In this document: one piece after another, positions 29,405-37,122 of the stretch
How positions within the stretch are numbered: position 1 is the stretch's first letter
Layout: each line of letters opens with the position of its first letter
Position numbers and translations under genes: made by a program
DNA from: Candidatus Moraniibacteriota bacterium
GTDB lineage: Bacteria > Patescibacteriota > Minisyncoccia > Moranbacterales > UBA1568
Assembly (NCBI GenBank): GCA_049290235.1
Contig: JBATNG010000004.1
Location: 1-60,387 of the forward strand
DNA length: 60,387 nt
Reading direction: 5' to 3'
The notes under the pieces: model-generated
Database searches by the model: none
What the model saw: only the letters and a program-made list of their open reading frames with translations
Told to the model about the DNA's origin: nothing

Positions 29405-29575
29405 GTTGCAGTCTCCTAACTATATGCTAGTCCTTGCGGGTAGCGTGCCCTAAGCTCTCGAAAGATTCGAGTTTGCCAGAGCAAAGAAACCTCTCCTCAC
29501 TTGGAGGTTCGACCTCCAAACTAAAGGACTCTGTGCTTTGGCAAACGGTCTGTGATTATTAAGGTGCTAAACGGC
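29405..29575 (-). promoter_or_regulatory. Structured 5' leader (~165 nt) of the 247-aa gene
   Basis: A 14/16-bp helix (GUUUGCCAAAGCACAG / CUUUGCUCUGGCAAAC) encloses an 8-bp hairpin (UUGGAGGU-cga-ACCUCCAA). It is followed by the hairpin CUCGAA-ucu-UUCGAG. Confidence 0.5.
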
Positions 29576-29604
29576 AGTATACACCTTTTTAGGCGTTCTG
29601 TCCA
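29576..29604 (-). promoter_or_regulatory. Candidate sigma70-type promoter
   Basis: Minus strand: TGGACA (29604-29599), 17 nt, TATACT (29581-29576), about 30 nt after the uvrC stop. Confidence 0.6.
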
Positions 29605-29635
29605 GAGTCGAGTAAGGGCTTCCTCAAGGGTTCTC

Positions 29636-30907
29636 TTAGCCCTGGAGGAACTGCTCACGCCGCTTCTTGCGATGGAAGCCGATCGCAAAGCGGTGCGCTT
29701 CGGCATTGGCGAGGAGGATGTCGTGTTCGAAACGCTTCACGAGAGAGCGCGGCCCGATGATGCGGTCAGGCCGGTGCTTCGCATTCTTCACGACGCCGAC
29801 AACGGGGATAGTCAGCTTTTTTTTCTTCAATATCCGGGTCGCGACATCACTCTGGAGCAGCGCCCCGTCGACGACGATGAGCTCGGGCAAGGTCCACTCG
29901 CTGTGCGCCAGGCGGCGCGTCAGGATTTCTTCCAAGGCTGACAGGTCATCACCCCCATGAGCATTGCGGAGCTTGAACAACCGGTACTGGCTCTTCTTCG
30001 CGAGTGCGTGCTGCACGACCGTCATGACGCCGACCGTCGCCTCACCCTGGAGGTGCGCCGTATCATACGCCTCGATCCGCGCTGCGGATGTTTCCTCGCG
30101 GTCCGCCTTCATGAGCGCAACATCGCGGATATGGCCCAGATCAAAGAGAAGCTTTTTGATCTCCTGTGCTTCCTCAAAACGCAAGTCCTTGGCTGCGACT
30201 TTCATCTCGCGTTCCAGATTCTTCACGAGATCGGCTTTCTGTCCGCCAAAAAATAGTGCGATCCGTTTCACGGTCCTCCGATACTCGGCCCCCGTGATGG
30301 TACCGGCACAAACGCCCGGGCACAGGCCGATCTGCGCCTGGAAACACGGGCGCGCTTTTTTCCTTTGTTCATCAGTGAGTTCGGCATACGGCACACACTT
30401 GTCCCGATACGGGAAGATCTGCCGCACGATCCGAAGTGCCGTCCGAAGTGCTTCCCCGCGCGGGTAGGGCCCGAATTTCTCCTTGATCGGGAAGACGAAT
30501 TTCCCTGTCTCGATGTCGCGCTCGCGGACGAGCAGGATGCGCGGATAGTTTTCTTTCGTGATGACGACAAAGTTATAGCTCTTGTCGTCCTTCGCATCGG
30601 TATTGTACGGCGGTAAGTGCTGCTTGATGAGCTGTCCTTCCCGGATGAGCGCCTCGAGCACCGAATCGAGCTGGATCCAACCGATGGCCAGGACGCGCTC
30701 ACGCATGAGGACGAGCTTCGGCCCGCGCGTCTCCTCCAGGTCGGAGCCGAAATAGCTCTTCACCCGGTCTGACAAGATTGTGGCCTTGCCGATGTAGAGG
30801 ATTTCATCGTCCAGACCCAGAAAGAAATATATGCCCGGGGTTTCCGGCAAGGGATTCGCCTCGAGGAAGCGAGTCACACTGATTTTCTTCTGCCAGGGAT
30901 GAGACAT
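29636..30907 (-). CDS. uvrC: Excinuclease ABC subunit C, short form (no C-terminal HhH2 region)
   Basis: 423 aa with GIY-YIG (PGIYFFL...ILYIGKA), a UVR-like helix (LRFEEAQEIKKLL) and the endonuclease-domain end motif (AEAHRFAIGFHRKKR), followed directly by the stop. Confidence 0.85.
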   Translation of the reverse strand: MSHPWQKKISVTRFLEANPLPETPGIYFFLGLDDEILYIGKATILSDRVKSYFGSDLEETRGPKLVLMRERVLAIGWIQLDSVLEALIREGQLIKQHLPPYNTDAKDDKSYNFVVITKENYPRILLVRERDIETGKFVFPIKEKFGPYPRGEALRTALRIVRQIFPYRDKCVPYAELTDEQRKKARPCFQAQIGLCPGVCAGTITGAEYRRTVKRIALFFGGQKADLVKNLEREMKVAAKDLRFEEAQEIKKLLFDLGHIRDVALMKADREETSAARIEAYDTAHLQGEATVGVMTVVQHALAKKSQYRLFKLRNAHGGDDLSALEEILTRRLAHSEWTLPELIVVDGALLQSDVATRILKKKKLTIPVVGVVKNAKHRPDRIIGPRSLVKRFEHDILLANAEAHRFAIGFHRKKRREQFLQG

Positions 30908-30940
30908 AGTGAGTAGTCATGCTATCGCAACTCGACCTCG

Positions 30941-30969
30941 TTGACAATCCTGTACTAACGGTGTATCCT
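30941..30969 (+). promoter_or_regulatory. Candidate sigma70-type promoter
   Basis: TTGACA (30941-30946), 17 nt, TATCCT (30964-30969); divergent from uvrC. Confidence 0.65.
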
Positions 30970-31003
30970 ATCACGAAAGTAACTTACCAAAGGGAGTGGA
31001 GAA

Positions 31004-31252
31004 ATGGCAAGGAAGGCAATGGTGCATCCTACTCATTACTACACCATCCGCGATGCTATCATCGCCGAGATGGGCCCGAAATTCGACCAAACCACATTCA
31101 ATCAGCGCTTCCCCAAGGCAGCCAGGCCGCACAACGTGATCCCTTTTACAGATGGCTACCTTACCCATCGGCGTATAATCGGTGACCTCGTCAGAGACAA
31201 GATGAGGCGTGCCCGCGCAGCGGCACCCAAGGACCAGCTCACGCTCATCTGA
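31004..31252 (+). CDS. Hypothetical small protein (82 aa)
   Basis: GGGAGTGGAGAA precedes the ATG and a consensus-like promoter lies 35 nt upstream. No family was recognised. Confidence 0.6.
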   Translation: MARKAMVHPTHYYTIRDAIIAEMGPKFDQTTFNQRFPKAARPHNVIPFTDGYLTHRRIIGDLVRDKMRRARAAAPKDQLTLI

Positions 31253-31384
31253 TGATTCATCGTTTTTTTGGAGGGGCGCCCCCTCCAACCACGTACTACC
31301 CTGAGCAATTGGTACGTGGTCTTTTTCTATCTTCTGAATAACACACGCTCGCTTCACCTATTACTACCCGAGTTTACGACCATG

Positions 31385-31420
31385 AAAAAACCGGCTGGGA
31401 AGCTGTTGCTCCCCGGCCGG
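31385..31420 (-). terminator. Intrinsic terminator of the 123-aa gene
   Basis: Minus strand: 13-position stem (12 pairs) CCGGCCGGGGAGC-aaca-GCUUCCCAGCCGG followed by UUUUUU. Confidence 0.85.
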
Positions 31421-31446
31421 CTAATACTTTTCGACGTCTTCAAGAC

Positions 31447-31818
31447 TTACCCAAGTGCTGACGTGAGCCTTGACTTAGGTGGTGGTGTGGCCGCTTCGGC
31501 TCTCCGGTACTTTGCCGATCGGCGGGTTTTCCCCTGTTCGAGAAGGAATGACGCTGGGGATAGCCGCGCTCGAACACTCTTGCGCTCCCAATAGCCAAAC
31601 CGAATACGCGAATCCTGACGTGCGATGGACTGTGCGAGCTTCAGTACTTTGAACCCCGGCACCTCGCACACATCATGAACCCCCCCCTTCGTATCTTCCT
31701 GATTGCGCGACCAGGCCTCTTCACCGATACAGTATTCGGCCAAATATGCCGCCACCACCGCATTCGATTCCCCTGACTTAATTTCGAGGAAATACCTCAC
31801 CTTCAGCTTGTCAACCAT
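31447..31818 (-). CDS. Hypothetical protein (123 aa) with a basic C-terminal tail
   Basis: Start chosen at MVDKLKVRYF, which follows GGAGG-tttct-ATG. The track's longer ORF begins at 31884. Confidence 0.6.
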   Translation of the reverse strand: MVDKLKVRYFLEIKSGESNAVVAAYLAEYCIGEEAWSRNQEDTKGGVHDVCEVPGFKVLKLAQSIARQDSRIRFGYWERKSVRARLSPASFLLEQGKTRRSAKYRRAEAATPPPKSRLTSALG

Positions 31819-31898
31819 AGAAACCTCCGTGTAGTTGTGGAACGAACAGAAAAACTGTGCTGCTACGTTAGCACAAAACACCAAAAAATCAAGGGTGA

Positions 31899-31933
31899 CT
31901 AAAAACCGGTGCAGTTAGGCCTGCAACCGGTTT
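31899..31933 (-). terminator. Intrinsic terminator closing the orphan unit
   Basis: Minus strand: AAACCGGUUGCAG-gccuaa-CUGCACCGGUUU (one bulged U) followed by UUAG; five consecutive U in total. Confidence 0.8.
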
Positions 31934-32242
31934 CTCCAACACACATAGTACTCGACAGTCCTACAGACTCCTGGAGTTTATAACGCAGTTCTCTCTGCGA
32001 CACAGGTTTATCAGCTCTTTGCCTAAAAGAGTTTTTCAGACTGGGTGTTGCTTTCCTTAGTGTTGGTAAGGAAAAACATTCACCCCTGTAGCCAACACCA
32101 AACTTTATCAGATTCGCCTCCTTAAGTCCTTTTTGGGACAAGAGGGTTGGGTCACTCTAAGAAAGCTCTCGAGCGCAGGGGTTTCTCAAAAGTTGGGTCA
32201 TAGACCTTTCCTTAATTGATTAACCCCTTGTGAGGTACATAT
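31899..32242 (-). other. Orphan promoter-to-terminator unit: candidate structured RNA, long attenuating leader, or atypical small-protein mRNA
   Basis: It is bounded by a TTGACT-N17-TAAAAT promoter and a strong terminator and is visibly AT-richer than its flanks. It contains many hairpins and mutually exclusive pairings. The only long frame has no ATG/GTG near its AAGGAGG and uses codons rare elsewhere in the window. Confidence 0.45.
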
Positions 32243-32271
32243 ATTTTACCGAGGCTAATTTTACAAGTCAA
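32243..32271 (-). promoter_or_regulatory. Candidate sigma70-type promoter of the orphan unit
   Basis: Minus strand: TTGACT (32271-32266, overlapping the stop of the C39-like gene), 17 nt, TAAAAT (32248-32243). Confidence 0.65.
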
Positions 32272-33062
32272 CTCTTTGGAACAACAATCATCGCCTTGCG
32301 TTCTGTTTTGATGGGGAGGTGTTTGCCCGTCGGATACTCGCGGATCGCGGCGTAGAGTGTCGCTTCGGGATAGCGGTAGCCAGCGCCTTTGCGCGTGCCC
32401 GGATCATTGGTGATGAATTCCTGGGTCGCTGCATCGTATCCCGTGATGACGAGCATATGCTGCAGTGGTCCGGGCTGTGTGAAGTTGGGGTTCTTGAGTG
32501 CCTGGCCATTCGTCGGGATTATGATGAGTCCCTCGGCCGTCGCCCGTCTCAACTCATCGAGCGTGAAATCGTATGCGATTTTGTAGTCCGTGATATCGAA
32601 GTAGTCCCTGAGCAAAATCTCGGCCGTATCCGCTACATCCGTATCGACGCCCTGACCGATCACTTTCTCCTGAAAGCGAGCCATCGCAATGAGCGCCTGT
32701 TTGGCTGTGGCCGGCGTATATGTCTTTCCGGTTCGCCAGGCCGCGACCATCAGCGCCGAAGCTTCCTCACAGCCGTTTTGAAATTCACTTCTGGCCCGCT
32801 CCCCTGTCGGCGCCTGGGAAATAAATGGCACATCTGGCCAGGTCCTCGGCTTGGCGGCTACCGAGACTTCGGGAATAATTTCAGGGACGGGAACCGGTTC
32901 GGCCTCGATCACTTGCTCTTCCTCGACAACCGGCGCAGGAATCGCCTGATCGAATGTCATCCCCTCATCGGCTCGCTCGGTAAAATACTTCAAGGAATAG
33001 TAAACTCCCCAACCAATAGCGGCCGCCCCGAGAATAAAAATAATCGCCTTTCGGAAATTCAT
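32268..33062 (-). CDS. Membrane-anchored C39-like cysteine peptidase domain protein (Peptidase_C39_2-like)
   Basis: 264 aa with an N-terminal TM helix. VPFISQAP...NGCEEAS (Cys), HMLVITGYD (His) and NDPG (Asp/Asn) are arranged as in the C39-like family. Confidence 0.7.
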   Translation of the reverse strand: MNFRKAIIFILGAAAIGWGVYYSLKYFTERADEGMTFDQAIPAPVVEEEQVIEAEPVPVPEIIPEVSVAAKPRTWPDVPFISQAPTGERARSEFQNGCEEASALMVAAWRTGKTYTPATAKQALIAMARFQEKVIGQGVDTDVADTAEILLRDYFDITDYKIAYDFTLDELRRATAEGLIIIPTNGQALKNPNFTQPGPLQHMLVITGYDAATQEFITNDPGTRKGAGYRYPEATLYAAIREYPTGKHLPIKTERKAMIVVPKS

Positions 33063-33132
33063 GCCTCTATCGTAGCATTATAAAGAAAAGTCCCCGCCAC
33101 GCAGCGCGCAACAGGGGCCTGAATCGAGGAGC

Positions 33133-33510
33133 TCATAGTTTTCGGATAGGATTCCGGATTTCTCCCCAAAGACGAAAGCCATTCACCTCGGAATAAGACA
33201 CTCGGAAACCACACCGCCATCCGTTCTTCGTACCTATGAAACCGTAGACAAGTTCGATGTACGCGACAGCGTTGTATCGACGTGGCCCGCGCGGCGGCCC
33301 AACGGAAAAATGTATCGCTTCGAATTCGCGTGTGTCATCGGGATGATAGCATAGCCGGACAGCGTGCATGACCGATGTCTTCACGTGTTGTTGCCAGCCC
33401 CCCTTAGCCTCATCAACACCCTGATGCGGATCAATGAACGCGACGCCAATGATCGATCGTGGGACGGCCCAGGCGGTCCGTGAACGATATCGCCTCATTT
33501 CGACTCCCAT
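33133..33510 (-). CDS. Hypothetical protein (125 aa)
   Basis: Start chosen at MGVEMRRYRS, after AAAGGAGG-ttgtacagt-ATG. The track ORF begins at 33588. No family was recognised. Confidence 0.6.
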   Translation of the reverse strand: MGVEMRRYRSRTAWAVPRSIIGVAFIDPHQGVDEAKGGWQQHVKTSVMHAVRLCYHPDDTREFEAIHFSVGPPRGPRRYNAVAYIELVYGFIGTKNGWRCGFRVSYSEVNGFRLWGEIRNPIRKL

Positions 33511-33696
33511 ACTGTACAACCTCCTTTCGTTCAACCAAAGAAAAAACCGTTGAAGGATTTCTTTCCTGTCGTGACCTATACGGCCCACCGTAATACCATA
33601 ACGCTCGATAGTGAGGTCGTATCGTCGTGCTCCTCAAAATGAATTTGAAAAGAATAGTCCTCCGAACCTAGCACCAAATATTTCCCAGGACAAAAG

Positions 33697-34899
33697 CTAG
33701 CGGCGGCGGCCGAAGTGACGTGTACCGGTGCGGGATGAGGAACGTGGTGACGTTGCCACACGGCGGACACTCTTCACTGCCCGAGGCTCACCCTCTGGGA
33801 CTACTCCGCCCTTGATTGGGAGCGTGATACGCATGAGGCGTTCGATGTCGCGGACATTGCCCTTTTGATCGGGTGTCGCGAAGGAAATCGCCCGGCCCTC
33901 ACGACCCGCGCGAGCGGTGCGGCCGATGCGGTGGACATAGTCTTCCGCCTTTTCCGGCAGATCATAATTGATGACCACTTCGATACCCGAGACATCGATC
34001 CCGCGCGCGGCGATATCCGTCGCCACCATGACACGGTACCGACCCGCCTTGAAACCATCGAGGGCTTCGCGGCGCTGGCTGAGCGAACGGTTCGAGTGGA
34101 TTTCCACCGCCTGATGCCCCTTGTTACGGAGCGACAACGCGATGCGCTTGGCGATGAATTTGGTCCGAGTGAAGACGAGCACGCTGCCCGAATACTCGCC
34201 GAGGAGCTTCAAAAGGAGGTCGAGCTTTTCCATATGCGGGACGAAGAAGAGCTCCTGCGCGATCTTTTCCACGGCAGTACCCGGCGGGGCGACTTCGACC
34301 CGGACTGGAATCTGCAGATACGACGTAGCGAGCCGGACGACTTCGTTCGGCATGGTCGCTGAAAAGAGCATCGTCTGGCGTGCTTTCGGGACATGCTTCA
34401 CGACTTCGGCGATCTGCGGCGCGAATCCCATATCGAGCATGTGGTCGGCTTCGTCGAGGACGAGGATGCGGACGCGTTCGAGGGTCACGGTGCGCTGGCC
34501 GAGGTGATCGTTCAGACGGCCTGGAGTCGCGATGATGACATGTGGATTCGCTCGGATCTGACGCTTTTGCTTCTCCATCGAGTCACCACCGATGAGGACC
34601 GCCGTGCGGATGCCGAGCTTCCGTCCGATACGCTGAAAGGTCTCGTCGACTTGAAGGGCGAGTTCGCGCGTCGGGAGCATGATGAGGCCTTGGCGCGTCC
34701 GGTCTTCGAGGATACGTCCGATCATCGGGATACCGAAGGCGAGTGTCTTGCCTGTACCCGTCTGCGCGATACCCATCACATCCTTGCCAGTGATGGCGAT
34801 CGGGATGGAGCGTTCCTGGATAGGCGTCGGGGTGATGAACTTAAGCTCGTCGAGGACAGCGAGGAGTCCGGGGGCGATACCGAGGTGGTGGAAACTCAT
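33697..34899 (-). CDS. DEAD-box ATP-dependent RNA helicase
   Basis: 400 aa with the Q-motif, AQTGTGKT, VLDEADHMLD, SAT and HRIGRTARAG motifs. Confidence 0.95.
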   Translation of the reverse strand: MSFHHLGIAPGLLAVLDELKFITPTPIQERSIPIAITGKDVMGIAQTGTGKTLAFGIPMIGRILEDRTRQGLIMLPTRELALQVDETFQRIGRKLGIRTAVLIGGDSMEKQKRQIRANPHVIIATPGRLNDHLGQRTVTLERVRILVLDEADHMLDMGFAPQIAEVVKHVPKARQTMLFSATMPNEVVRLATSYLQIPVRVEVAPPGTAVEKIAQELFFVPHMEKLDLLLKLLGEYSGSVLVFTRTKFIAKRIALSLRNKGHQAVEIHSNRSLSQRREALDGFKAGRYRVMVATDIAARGIDVSGIEVVINYDLPEKAEDYVHRIGRTARAGREGRAISFATPDQKGNVRDIERLMRITLPIKGGVVPEGEPRAVKSVRRVATSPRSSSRTGTRHFGRRR

Positions 34900-34953
34900 G
34901 CGGATAGTGTTAGTTACGAAATCAAGTTATTCTGGCACATTCTGCTCATGGCG

Positions 34954-36720
34954 TCAACTCTTGTGCGTTTTTGAGTATTGCTCCCACTGCTTCGCAAAGC
35001 GTTCAGACGACTCGAGAAGCTCGGTGAAAGAGCCCTGAGCAACGATCACCCCGTGCTCGAACATGTAAATCCTATCAAACATCTGGAGCAGATGGAGACG
35101 ATGAATCGATGCGATCACAGTCTTGTCGCGATAGGTCTCGAAGATCTGTTCGTAGATCGCCAATTCATTCGTCGCATCCACGCTCGAAGTCGACTCATCC
35201 AAGAGCAGAATTGATTTCTCCTCGGAGGCCAAGAGCCCACGCGCGAGGGCCAAACGCTGCTTCTCCCCGCCGCTCAAATTAACGCCTTTCTCTACGATAG
35301 AGGAGTCCAGTCCCCGGGGCAACCGTCCGATGACTGAGGCGAAGCGGGCCCGCTCGGCATACTGCAGCACTTCCTCGTCGGAGTGGTCCACACCCATCGT
35401 GATATTGTCCCGGATTGTCGTCGCAAAGATCTCCGGATCCTGCGGAATGAGCGCAATGTCCTCGCTCATGCTGATGAATCCGTTCTTCAGTGGTCGGCCG
35501 TCGAGCTCTACCACGCCAGCGCTCGGCGTATGCAGTCCCCGAACGATCTTCAGAAACGTCGTCTTGCCACTGCCACTCTCGCCGATGACCGCGATCTTTT
35601 CACCCCGTCGCCACGTGAGTTCAATATCTGAAAGCTGCTGCTTCGCCCGCGTCGCCGCTGCATAGGCGAAGTTGAGATGGTGCACTCGACACACCTCCCA
35701 TTGATGCGGAGTCTTGGATTCCTGATCGATCTGCGTCGGAAATGACTCGGCGATTTCTTCGGCGTTCATGACCGCCGTCCGTTCGCGCACGATGTCATTG
35801 TAGAGGTAGGCAAAGGTGAAGAAGACGTCATTGATCCGATTCGTATAACTGAAGAGAGCGAAGAGGGTCCCGGCTAAAAGCACTTCTCCATGGCGAAAAG
35901 CGAGGAGCGTATACATCCCCAGCACGAGAAACTGCAAGAGGCCCGCGCTCATACTCGCCGAAAACCACTTCCATTCATTCAATCGGCTGTTGTGCATGAA
36001 GAGTGCGAGTGGCTTGTGAATCGCCTTCACCAGATCGTGTTCGATGAGGTGCTCGACCCGCAGGATGATGACGGTCGAGATATTGCTCAGCGCATCATAG
36101 ACCTTGGCGGCGATCCGGTTTTCGGCACGATTGAGCTCGCGATACTGTGGAACGAGCCGCTTATCAAAGGTGAGGATAATCCGAAGCGCGACGAAGACGA
36201 CCAAGGAGACCACCCAGATCGCACTGAGGTCGAAAAGCGCGAGTGCGATGAGAGAACCGGTGAAACGAACAATCGCCTCGACAACCTGGAAGCCATGCTC
36301 AGTGAACTGATACACCGCATTGCATCCCTTTTCAATCCGATCGATCGTATCGCCGGAATGATGATCGACATGCCACTCCATGGGGAGCGCCATCGTCCCT
36401 GACAAGAGATACTGCCGATAGTTCGCTCGGACAAGAAACGCATTCTTCCGCTCCATGACACGCGCCGGACCGTGGAAACACCATGTCACGAAATCAAGCA
36501 GCGGCAACGAGGCCATAAAAGCGATGAGCCAGACGATATTCTCCTGATTCACCCCGTTCTCCTGGATCAAGTTCAGGATATGCGCCATGATGATTGGCTG
36601 GAGCAGCATGACAGCGTTCGACATCACAAACAGCCCCACGTAGAAAACCACCTGGCGACGATTCTCGTTCGAGAGTTGCCAGATCTTCCGGACCAAATAA
36701 AAAATTGGGCTGTCCAGCAT
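34954..36720 (-). CDS. ABC transporter, fused permease/ATPase (MsbA-like exporter)
   Basis: 588 aa: six-TM domain plus GESGSGKTT, LSGGEKQRLALARGL and LLLDESTS. Confidence 0.9.
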   Translation of the reverse strand: MLDSPIFYLVRKIWQLSNENRRQVVFYVGLFVMSNAVMLLQPIIMAHILNLIQENGVNQENIVWLIAFMASLPLLDFVTWCFHGPARVMERKNAFLVRANYRQYLLSGTMALPMEWHVDHHSGDTIDRIEKGCNAVYQFTEHGFQVVEAIVRFTGSLIALALFDLSAIWVVSLVVFVALRIILTFDKRLVPQYRELNRAENRIAAKVYDALSNISTVIILRVEHLIEHDLVKAIHKPLALFMHNSRLNEWKWFSASMSAGLLQFLVLGMYTLLAFRHGEVLLAGTLFALFSYTNRINDVFFTFAYLYNDIVRERTAVMNAEEIAESFPTQIDQESKTPHQWEVCRVHHLNFAYAAATRAKQQLSDIELTWRRGEKIAVIGESGSGKTTFLKIVRGLHTPSAGVVELDGRPLKNGFISMSEDIALIPQDPEIFATTIRDNITMGVDHSDEEVLQYAERARFASVIGRLPRGLDSSIVEKGVNLSGGEKQRLALARGLLASEEKSILLLDESTSSVDATNELAIYEQIFETYRDKTVIASIHRLHLLQMFDRIYMFEHGVIVAQGSFTELLESSERFAKQWEQYSKTHKS

Positions 36721-36735
36721 AGTGACGCGAGCGTA

Positions 36736-37122
36736 TTACTCCCAGATGTGAAGCCAGCGACCGAGATACTCGACGACCACGTAGAGGAAGAAGATGTACC
36801 CGATGACACCCGCGATGAGTGTGACAAGGAGGCCGTTCACGATGCGGTTTCGCTCACGCTTGGCCTGATCGAGCGTACAAATGCCCTGTCGGCGCAAGTG
36901 AACGAGATAGGCGAGTCCGAGCGCGAGGAGTCCGGCCAGACGGAACAGCCACTTGTACTCGCCGTAGAAGGTGTCCGAAAGCGACGCGGCAAAGCCGACT
37001 GTCGAGAGACCGAGGAGCACCAAGATGACCGGTGAGAGACAACACAAGGACGCGATGATGACCGGCACAGCGGCGATTTTGAATGCTGCTCTGGTGTTCA
37101 TATTACGATTGAAGGAATACAC
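36736..37122 (-). CDS. MerT-like small membrane protein (Cys-Cys in the first TM helix)
   Basis: 128 aa. IIASLCCLSPVILVLLG resembles the MerT CC motif. There are three predicted TM helices. Confidence 0.4.
   Translation of the reverse strand: MYSFNRNMNTRAAFKIAAVPVIIASLCCLSPVILVLLGLSTVGFAASLSDTFYGEYKWLFRLAGLLALGLAYLVHLRRQGICTLDQAKRERNRIVNGLLVTLIAGVIGYIFFLYVVVEYLGRWLHIWE

Noticed and set aside
29503-29521. A T-arm-like hairpin (UUGGAGGUCGAACCUCCAA) that could indicate a tRNA or tmRNA-like domain.
   Set aside because: The loop does not fit the 7-nt UUCRANY T-loop in either strand. No acceptor stem complementary to the flanks exists, and there is no D-arm or anticodon-arm geometry. I kept it only as part of a structured leader.
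31268-31288. The GC-rich hairpin TTGGAGGGG-CGC-CCCCTCCAA as a terminator for the 82-aa plus-strand gene.
   Set aside because: The T-run precedes rather than follows the stem on the plus strand, and an A-run follows it on the minus strand. It therefore fits neither orientation of an intrinsic terminator. It is recorded only as a hairpin.
31899-31945. Resemblance of the C-terminal ...CRPNCTGF to the heat-stable enterotoxin/guanylin core (..CNPACTGC..).
   Set aside because: Only a short chance-level match. There are three cysteines rather than six, no signal peptide, and the coding status of the frame itself is doubtful.
31899-32242. RNase P RNA, tmRNA or a T-box leader as the identity of the orphan unit.
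   Set aside because: - RNase P: AAGGAAAGGUCU and AGAAACCGGUU superficially resemble the GGAAAGUCC and ACAGAACCCGGCUUA boxes. However, the two cannot form P4, and the second is simply the terminator stem.
- tmRNA: there is no tRNA-like end and no tag ORF.
- T-box: there is no T-box 14-mer (..GGGUGGUACCGCG..).
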